Shown here piece after piece: positions 57,566 through 64,000 of a stretch of 64,000 nt of DNA; position 1 is the stretch's first letter, and each line of letters starts with the position of its first letter. The stretch is from Candidatus Azambacteria bacterium (GTDB lineage Bacteria; Patescibacteriota; Minisyncoccia; GWC2-36-17; WO2-46-25), in assembly GCA_016200965.1 (NCBI GenBank), contig JACQDT010000021.1, positions 86 through 64,085 of the forward strand. Direction: 5' to 3'. The position numbers were made by a program, and so were the translations under genes. Below the pieces are notes generated by a model. That model was not told where the DNA came from and did not search any database. It saw nothing but the letters and a program-made list of their open reading frames with translations.

Positions 57566-58512
57566 AACGCCGCAGAATCATCTTTATGGGCACGCCGGAA
57601 GCCGGCGCGATTATCCTTGAGCGGCTCATACTCTCGGACGCCTATAAACCGGCACTGGTCATCACGCAACCGGACAAACCGACTGGGAAAAAACAAACTC
57701 TCACTGCCCCTCCGGTAAAAATAACGGCGCAGGCGCATCATATCGAAGTATGGCAGCCGGAAAAATTGAACAACCAGCGGGTGATCGAAAAAATAGCGGC
57801 ACAAAAGCCCGACTGCATCATCGTGGCCGTTTACGGCAAACTGATTCCGGAAAAAATCCTCAATATTCCTGCATGCAAAACGCTCAATGTGCATCCTTCG
57901 CTCCTGCCGCGCCACCGCGGCCCATCCCCGATTCAATACACCATTCTTGAAGGCGATACGGCCGCAGGCGTGAGCATAATGCTCACCGACAAAGGCATGG
58001 ATACGGGGCCCGTACTCGCCCAGAAATCCGTACCGATTGAAAAAGATGACACCGCACCGGTACTTTCACAAAAGCTTTTTAACATTGGCGCCGATATGCT
58101 TCTGGAGATGCTTCCGCTTTGGTTTGATAACAAGATAATTCCCGTACGGCAAGACGATGCGAAAGCGACCCTTACCGCGCTTTTGAAAAAAGAAGATGGA
58201 AAAATAAAACCGTCCGACACCGCCCAGCGCATCAAACGCATGGTGCGCGCGCTTGCCCCGTGGCCGGGCGTGTATCTTGAGTTCAATGACGGCAGAACCC
58301 TCAAAATATTAAAAGCGGAGGCGTCGCCGTGTGAAAAAACAGATGCCCCTCTCGCCCTCTCGCTCACCTCGAAAAAAGAGCTGTGCCTGCATACCGCCGA
58401 TGGCTGCCTTGTCCTTGAAACCGTCCATCCTGAGAGCAAAAAACCGATGTCCGGATATGAGTTTTATATTGGGTGGCACAATGCTACGCAAAAACAAAGC
58501 CCCGCAGAATGA
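57562..58512 (+). CDS. fmt: Methionyl-tRNA formyltransferase
   Basis: FMGTP, TQPD, NVHPSLLP.HRGPSPI, MDTGP. Confidence 0.95.
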   Translation: MKRRRIIFMGTPEAGAIILERLILSDAYKPALVITQPDKPTGKKQTLTAPPVKITAQAHHIEVWQPEKLNNQRVIEKIAAQKPDCIIVAVYGKLIPEKILNIPACKTLNVHPSLLPRHRGPSPIQYTILEGDTAAGVSIMLTDKGMDTGPVLAQKSVPIEKDDTAPVLSQKLFNIGADMLLEMLPLWFDNKIIPVRQDDAKATLTALLKKEDGKIKPSDTAQRIKRMVRALAPWPGVYLEFNDGRTLKILKAEASPCEKTDAPLALSLTSKKELCLHTADGCLVLETVHPESKKPMSGYEFYIGWHNATQKQSPAE

Positions 58513-58532
58513 GAACTGCAGGGCTTTTGTTT

Positions 58533-58928
58533 TTATTGAAAAAGATTCGTGATGCGAACGCGTCTATTGCGAAAGTCAATCTCCAACACGCAGTCCGAAA
58601 GGAGCCGGGTGCCAAGCATGATATCTTCGTCATGCGTGAGCCAAACGGTAACTTGCCGCTCAACCCCAAACCATACGATCTTCGTGGAGGGTCTATCAAA
58701 TTGCCTGGTCTTACCATCAGCCAGTTTCACATTATCCCGATCTTCAATGGTACTTTCCCATTGCAAGCCATACGCAGGATCAGTGTATTTGCTGTGCATG
58801 AGCAGATCTCCGTTGCAACCGGTATCCACGAACACTTCTTTCGGTTCCCCCCAGCCGACGAATTCAATATACACGTACGGGACAAAGCGCCAATCAAACG
58901 ATCCCTCTATGATACTCTCATGGCGCAA
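58533..58928 (-). CDS. Clan AA (retropepsin-like) aspartic protease
   Basis: VDTG catalytic motif, LADG flap, MLGTRLL. Confidence 0.85.
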   Translation of the reverse strand: MRHESIIEGSFDWRFVPYVYIEFVGWGEPKEVFVDTGCNGDLLMHSKYTDPAYGLQWESTIEDRDNVKLADGKTRQFDRPSTKIVWFGVERQVTVWLTHDEDIMLGTRLLSDCVLEIDFRNRRVRITNLFQ

Positions 58929-59262
58929 ATCTCCTGTTTCTGCGCGACACCATCAATGCTCCCTGTATGTCGGGCGGCTCGGAGGTGCGGTGGAGGAAAA
59001 TGTTGAGAAGAGGGGAAGAAAATTTTTTCCGGGCGGCGCGTTCCGCACCTCTCTCGTCATCTGACTCAAATGTGAGATAGTCACCGCTTGGAATGGCGAT
59101 AGCAATAATTTTAGCTGTATTCGCCAGATCAAGGCGGTGGTAGAGATGGTCGTATATCTCCATTCCTTTCACCAATATCGCGTCCTTTTCATCCTGACTT
59201 GCATCTTTTCGCACAATATGCCAACAAATCATCCGATCTATTTTTATATGAAACTCTCCCAT
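58918..59262 (-). CDS. Small hypothetical protein coupled to the aspartic protease
   Basis: KIIAIAIPSGDY..A.RAARKK; AGGAG SD; overlaps the protease start. Confidence 0.7.
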   Translation of the reverse strand: MGEFHIKIDRMICWHIVRKDASQDEKDAILVKGMEIYDHLYHRLDLANTAKIIAIAIPSGDYLTFESDDERGAERAARKKFSSPLLNIFLHRTSEPPDIQGALMVSRRNRRFAP

Positions 59263-59344
59263 GGTATCTCCTTCCTGTAGTTGAATGTTAAGGTTCAGGA
59301 TTTCTTCGCTTAAAGCATACACGAAAAGGGATTGGGGATCAATG

Positions 59345-59872
59345 TCAATCAGGCGTGAACTCAGGTCCTTTGTTGATGTGCGCGTTGATAAAACCGACGA
59401 TGCGGCATTCGTCGAACTCGTCCATCTTATCCAGATATGTCCACGCGGTAAGCGCGATATTTCTGTCCAAGCTCTCACGCGGCGCCATGAGCACTTTTGA
59501 TGTGTAACGTTTTACGATTTCTTCCAGTTTCTGTTTGGTTTCGTTGCTTATGCCTTGCTTATACTGAATAGCGATTCCGCCATGTTCCAAGTTGTGGGTC
59601 TGTATCTCGTTGGGAATGGGATCGTTGCTCACTCCCCATTTGGCAGTATAGGGAGTATGCCAGCCAGAAGTAGGAGGATTGCTGTTGTACGGCGGATGAT
59701 CATCGCCGAGTTCAACGTGCTTATTGCCGCCGTCAGCAATAAAAATCCCTTCGTTGATATTCACGCATTCTTTCGGCGTGCCGCTTTTCGGTACAAATCG
59801 CCATACCAGCCCGATACCGATGACCGCCGCAATAACTATCCCTCCTATTATCTTAAGCGTATTGCGCCTCAT
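59345..59872 (-). CDS. DUF3105-like membrane-anchored protein
   Basis: YNSNPPTSGWH, HNLEHGGI, IALTAW. Confidence 0.85.
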   Translation of the reverse strand: MRRNTLKIIGGIVIAAVIGIGLVWRFVPKSGTPKECVNINEGIFIADGGNKHVELGDDHPPYNSNPPTSGWHTPYTAKWGVSNDPIPNEIQTHNLEHGGIAIQYKQGISNETKQKLEEIVKRYTSKVLMAPRESLDRNIALTAWTYLDKMDEFDECRIVGFINAHINKGPEFTPD

Positions 59873-60426
59873 TGATTCTTGATGTCACCCTTCAGCGAGA
59901 ACGAACGGTAATACCCGTCCACCCATTTTCCCTCTTTTGTTTTTTCCACCACCAGGAATTTCCAGTCAATCGTGTCTTCCGCGCCCGACATGATACAGTT
60001 AAATGTCATCTCCGCCTTTGCGGGCGTTTTCCCTTCCACCTCGGAAAACGTCAGCCAAATCGGCTTCGCGCCGGTCATGCCCCAATGCAATTCCTTCGAC
60101 GGGTCGGAACTTTGCACTTCCACCGCGCCTATCTTGTCTCCGCAGGGCGTTTTGCCGACAATGATATCGTACGAAAAATCCGTCTTCCCGACGAGCACTA
60201 TGCGCGCGGGAACAGCCGCCGTTTTCTCCGGAGTACTTGTCGCGGCCGGTTTTGGCGCAGATATCACCGGCGCCGGCTTTTTTCCGGGCGTTGCGCTCGC
60301 TTCACTTTGTATCGGTTCTTTAACCGGTACATCTGCCGACGGAACGGGATTCCGGCTGATAAGCCACACTCCTCCCGCGACCGCCAAAACCGCTATTGCA
60401 ATAAAAATGTTCTTTTGATATAACAT
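59869..60426 (-). CDS. Exported hypothetical protein with P/A/T-rich linker
   Basis: Signal/TM helix, low-complexity linker, beta-rich C-terminal domain. Confidence 0.7.
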   Translation of the reverse strand: MLYQKNIFIAIAVLAVAGGVWLISRNPVPSADVPVKEPIQSEASATPGKKPAPVISAPKPAATSTPEKTAAVPARIVLVGKTDFSYDIIVGKTPCGDKIGAVEVQSSDPSKELHWGMTGAKPIWLTFSEVEGKTPAKAEMTFNCIMSGAEDTIDWKFLVVEKTKEGKWVDGYYRSFSLKGDIKNQ

Positions 60427-60491
60427 AGTAAATATTGTAGTAGAAAAGCAATGTTTTTTCAAGAGCATTTTTAACAAAAAGGAGGCGCCCG

Positions 60492-60878
60492 ATGATGCAT
60501 AATGGAAAAGAAACCGCGCAGCAAATGGACATATGCAATCTCCCATATGGGAATCAAACGCTCCTTGTCCAGTATCAATACGTATTTGAAGAGGACACGG
60601 TGTTGCAATGCAGGAACGGGTGTAATAATCCGGTAGATGGCGCGACTATAAAACGTGCCGTGCGTATCACCGCCGTTTACGCCAATGGAAATCCGAGAAC
60701 TGATATATTGTCGAATTTCCATGCGTATAAGAGAATAATGGCACAGATAATAACCATCATGCTTCACAAACAGATTGATTCCATTGGCGATCTACTTTGT
60801 AAAGAATGTCGCGGAGCAGGGTTTAAAAATCATCCTCTTAACAATTTTCTGAGTATGCCGCATCGGCAATTAAAATGA
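60492..60878 (+). CDS. Orphan Cys-containing hypothetical protein
   Basis: AAGGAGG SD; CRNGC and CKEC. Confidence 0.6.
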   Translation: MMHNGKETAQQMDICNLPYGNQTLLVQYQYVFEEDTVLQCRNGCNNPVDGATIKRAVRITAVYANGNPRTDILSNFHAYKRIMAQIITIMLHKQIDSIGDLLCKECRGAGFKNHPLNNFLSMPHRQLK

Positions 60879-60895
60879 GAAGGAGGTGGTGCACA

Positions 60896-60934
60896 TTGGC
60901 GAAAAAGAAAGCAAAAGGTAAAAAGGGGAAATAA
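60896..60934 (+). CDS. Putative 12-aa lysine-rich micropeptide MAKKKAKGKKGK
   Basis: AAGGAGGT SD, TTG start, TAA stop, terminator downstream. Confidence 0.5.
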   Translation: MAKKKAKGKKGK

Positions 60935-60955
60935 GGACGATCCCCTTGTAAGGAG

Positions 60956-60989
60956 AATGCGGGACACGAATCATGTGTCCCGCATTTTT
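60956..60989 (+). terminator. Rho-independent terminator
   Basis: AATGCGGGACAC / GTGTCCCGCATT plus T-tract. Confidence 0.8.
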
Positions 60990-60990
60990 A

Positions 60991-61851
60991 TTATGCGGGG
61001 AATCCGTCTATCCAATCTGAAAAAATGCGTTTAATTTCTTTTAAGTGCTCCGTATCCCGAAATGTATGTTTCGCATTTTTGATAACCTGAAATTCCTTAT
61101 GCCCTTCAGGCAACGCCTCGTACAGGATTCTTACGTGTTCCGGCGGCGTTACATCGTCATGTTCCCCTACTACAAGCAGGACAGGCATGGTCAGTTTTTG
61201 AGCACCCGGCAAAAGATCGTAGCGCAAGCGGTCGATCATATGCGACCACGGGAGCCGTTTCATCTTGCCCGGCTGTGAGCGGCTTTCCGTTTCCTGCCAG
61301 CCCGTTTTCTTCCACTGTGCAAAATCCTCCGGTTCATACCGCTTGTGCGCCTGGACGCTTAATGCTCCCGACACGACGGGAGAAACAGGCGCGACCGCCA
61401 AAACCCTTTCGGGATGTTTTTGGGCGTACAAACCGACGCACATGCCTCCCAAACTATGGCCCGCGAGCGCAAACGGCTCCCGGTACCATAGTTGCGTACG
61501 CGCCCATGCGATCACATCTTCCAGATCCTGATAATAATTCGTAACGGTCGCGTCTTCATATTTCCCGCCGCTTTCCCCAAGCGTGTCCGCCGCGTCAAAA
61601 CGGACAACGGTAAAACTCTTCTCTATGAACGTCTCGGCAATGGCCGCTATATGTTTTTGCTCCTTGAAACCGCCAAGGCCATGCATGACGAAAGCGAGCC
61701 CAGATAGAGGACTTCGGCTGTCGCCTTTGGCAACAACTTGCGGAGCTGCCGAAGTGCTTCTACTGGGCGAGCCCTTTTGTAAGTCGTTGCGCTCTTCAAC
61801 AATGACCGAGATATCCTGTCTTTTTCTGTTTTTGATAAAAAATTTGTTCAT
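60991..61851 (-). CDS. Alpha/beta hydrolase with a 24-aa in-frame hairpin insertion
   Basis: MHGLGG, GHSLGG nucleophile elbow, GEHD, A.HTF. Confidence 0.9.
   Translation of the reverse strand: MNKFFIKNRKRQDISVIVEERNDLQKGSPSRSTSAAPQVVAKGDSRSPLSGLAFVMHGLGGFKEQKHIAAIAETFIEKSFTVVRFDAADTLGESGGKYEDATVTNYYQDLEDVIAWARTQLWYREPFALAGHSLGGMCVGLYAQKHPERVLAVAPVSPVVSGALSVQAHKRYEPEDFAQWKKTGWQETESRSQPGKMKRLPWSHMIDRLRYDLLPGAQKLTMPVLLVVGEHDDVTPPEHVRILYEALPEGHKEFQVIKNAKHTFRDTEHLKEIKRIFSDWIDGFPA
61694..61774 (-). mobile_element. Element C: 69-bp imperfect hairpin with flanking duplication
   Basis: CCCAG/CTGGG and ACTTCGGC/GCCGAAGT arms (61699-61767); GCGAGCCC repeated at 61694 and 61767. Confidence 0.75.
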
Positions 61852-63089
61852 GTAGCAACGGATGCTGTCCTGTCGTCTTGTACGCGCATAAGCGCGAAAA
61901 ACCCGAGTACGATGAATACGGTTATGGCAAGCACCGCGATTCTATAGCGGTCGCTTCCGATAAAAATCAGATTTGAAACGGTCAATCCCCACACAATCGG
62001 CCCGATAAACGAGGACGCGCGCTCCGCCAAGCCGAAATAAGCAAACGCCAGATTATGCTTTCCCTTCGGCGCAACATACGACATGACCAAGCGGGACACC
62101 GCCCAATTCGCGCCAAACCAAAAACCCATGAGCGTCGAGGCAATTATAAACAAAGCAAAATTGGTAAGCAATCCCATGGTGGGCAGAATGAAGACCCATC
62201 CGGCGAGCACCCATAGAAGCGTCCTTTTATGCCCAAAGCGGTCAGCGAGAAAACCCGACAATGTTCCGCCCAAAGCGGACGTAATGAGGATGGCAAGCAG
62301 TAGATATGTTTTTGTCGTATCGGACACATGCCACACCTGTTCCAGAAAAATAGGGAAATTATTCGCCGCAGTGAGCACCGCGTCGTTGAATAAAAAGTAG
62401 GAGGCGAGGAAAAAGGCCACGCCGGGAAAAACGAGTAATCCTTTCGTTTCTTTAAACACATTTTTCATTTCCATTCTGAGCGGTATGTTATGAGAAACGC
62501 GCTTCGGTTCTTTAAAAAATAAAAGTGTCGGGAGCGAGAGCGCGCAAAATATCGCTACGGAAGGCAACAGCGTTTCCGCCCGCGGCGCAGAGCCGAACAC
62601 GCTTATACTGCCGTTTGAAAATGGCAGCGCGATCACCAATCCCGCGAACTGGCCGAGATAGTTTGCGGTAATGCCGAAACCGGATACAAGCCCTCTTTTT
62701 TGGGGCGGCGCGATGTCGTTGATGAGCGGCGTGTAAAACGTGAAAGAAAGCAGATACGCGTACAGGCCGAGCGTGAAGAAAATAAGCGCGCCGACTTCTT
62801 TGTCCGACACAGCGTACAAGGCGCACGCTCCGTAACATATGGCGGTAAAGGCGGTGGTCAGCCGCAGGCCCGAAATTCTTCGCCAGAACCTGTCAAGCAA
62901 GACGCCCGTGAGAGGGACCGTGCACAGCAGGAGCGCCGCCGAAGCGGTGAACGTCACGTTGAAACGAAAATCGGAAATTCCCCTGTCAATGACAACCCAC
63001 TGGGCGAAATAAAGAAAAAATACGATGGAAACGATGGAATTGGCAAAATCATACAGCACCCAAAGAAAAATATTTTTGCGGGACTCCAT
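61848..63089 (-). CDS. MFS transporter (UMF1/Atg22-like)
   Basis: WVLYDFANS, RGLVSGFG, LADRFGHKR; about 12 TM. Confidence 0.9.
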   Translation of the reverse strand: MESRKNIFLWVLYDFANSIVSIVFFLYFAQWVVIDRGISDFRFNVTFTASAALLLCTVPLTGVLLDRFWRRISGLRLTTAFTAICYGACALYAVSDKEVGALIFFTLGLYAYLLSFTFYTPLINDIAPPQKRGLVSGFGITANYLGQFAGLVIALPFSNGSISVFGSAPRAETLLPSVAIFCALSLPTLLFFKEPKRVSHNIPLRMEMKNVFKETKGLLVFPGVAFFLASYFLFNDAVLTAANNFPIFLEQVWHVSDTTKTYLLLAILITSALGGTLSGFLADRFGHKRTLLWVLAGWVFILPTMGLLTNFALFIIASTLMGFWFGANWAVSRLVMSYVAPKGKHNLAFAYFGLAERASSFIGPIVWGLTVSNLIFIGSDRYRIAVLAITVFIVLGFFALMRVQDDRTASVAT

Positions 63090-63134
63090 GTGGATAGGTT
63101 GTAAACAAATAATACGACTCTTTCATTTCCTAAC

Positions 63135-63244
63135 TGGCGGAGGCGAGAGCCCCGCTAGAGCGGGATTGCGTTTTGTAACTTTGCTGCGCTTCAGACAAAA
63201 CGGGAAGATTCGAACCTCTGATACCTTTCGGTATACTCGCTTCC
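63135..63244 (-). pseudogene. Duplicated 3' half of tRNA-Ser (anticodon to CCA) with a 57-bp insertion in the T-arm
   Basis: 63207-63244 and 63138-63149 match the intact tRNA at 63272-63356; insert at 63150-63206. Confidence 0.75.
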
Positions 63245-63271
63245 CCCGACATTTTTTATATTCAGGCAAAG

Positions 63272-63356
63272 CGGAGGCGAGAGGATTCGAACCTCTGATA
63301 CCTTGCGGTATACTTGCTTTCCAAGCAAGCGCACTCGGCCTCTATGCGACGCCTCC
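63272..63356 (-). tRNA. tRNA-Ser(GGA)
   Basis: GGAGGCG/CGCCTCC acceptor stem, CTTGC-TTGGAAA-GCAAG anticodon arm, long variable arm. Confidence 0.95.
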
Positions 63357-63383
63357 GCCTTGCCAAATTATGAATGCCGGCCG

Positions 63384-63719
63384 TCATCTGCCTTGCCTCG
63401 CCGCAATCGCAAAATGCGTAAAATAGCGATTGATATCGGCAAGCGAACTGCCGTATTCCTTGCCTCCCAGCACCGCATCGCAAAATACCTCGCGCGCGCG
63501 CCCCACTTCCGTCAAGCGGCCGCGCCAGCGCGCATCGGAAAGGGTCAGATCAAAAAGCTCAAGCGCGCGGTCCGTCGCGTTTTGGAAGCGCGCCGTATCT
63601 TTGTTTTGCGCGCTCTGCGCCCGGCTTACTTCGCTTCCGATATTTCCCAACTGCTCCATAAGCGAAAGCTCAAACCACCGCCCGTCCGCAAGATTTTTGT
63701 GAAGAATGGCCATATTCAT
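63384..63719 (-). CDS. Small helical hypothetical protein
   Basis: RWFELSLMEQLGNIGSEVSRA...RALELFDLT; overlaps the upstream gene's stop. Confidence 0.75.
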   Translation of the reverse strand: MNMAILHKNLADGRWFELSLMEQLGNIGSEVSRAQSAQNKDTARFQNATDRALELFDLTLSDARWRGRLTEVGRAREVFCDAVLGGKEYGSSLADINRYFTHFAIAARQGR

Positions 63720-64000
63720 TGTGATACCAGCTTTCCTATGACTGCTTGTATCTTCTCGCGGATTTCGATATTGTCCACAGAGCGGGAACGGTTGCCAACC
63801 GCCGGTTTCAGATTGATCATTGAATCAAATTCAACAAACGCATCGCCTGATTTGTTCGGATAGAGATTCACGCCCCACACGTGCTCTTGCCGCGACCCTT
63901 CTTGTTCAATGAGCGTTACCTCCTCATCCATATGAAGCTCGCCTCCCAACGCCATGATTCCTTTCTCTATATCAACCGCCGCTTTCACTAAATCTCCGAA
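63716..64000 (-). CDS. DUF5674-like protein (5' end outside the window)
   Basis: VKAAVD, GGELH.DEE, WGVNLYP, FDSMINLKP..GNRSR. Confidence 0.8.
   Translation of the reverse strand, partial: FGDLVKAAVDIEKGIMALGGELHMDEEVTLIEQEGSRQEHVWGVNLYPNKSGDAFVEFDSMINLKPAVGNRSRSVDNIEIREKIQAVIGKLVSQ

Overview
This is a 64-kb chromosomal segment of a small-genome bacterium. The gene set and gene order point to Patescibacteria/CPR, most likely Parcubacteria (an inference). It uses the standard code: TAA, TAG and TGA all end genes. Contents: a thioredoxin reductase / glycolysis / non-oxidative pentose-phosphate cluster; murA-mreB; rplJL with an L10 leader; glycoside hydrolases; RNase J; a dTTP/one-carbon cluster (tmk, dcd, folD, thyX, glyA); uvrC; a MacAB-type ABC pair; secDF; recG; two S41 proteases; rpmA and rplI; envelope glycosylation genes; an amidase-SpoIID fusion; def-fmt; three tRNAs; and several orphan single-gene cassettes. 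No transposase, integrase, CRISPR array or rRNA is present. The main finding is a set of tiny hairpin-forming insertion elements flanked by short direct repeats, sitting inside housekeeping genes. Element A (42 bp) has 6 copies at 4 loci (trxB-like gene, recG twice as tandem pairs, rplJ), and its core varies almost only in predicted loops. Element B (69-72 bp) is nested inside element A in rplJ and inside a heptamer repeat in rpe. Single-copy hairpin insertions occur in a hydrolase, at the tmk start codon and in a duplicated tRNA-Ser 3' half. Heptamer arrays occur both as in-frame coding inserts and as inverted intergenic hairpins. All assignments come from reading the sequence by eye; no database search or folding program was run.
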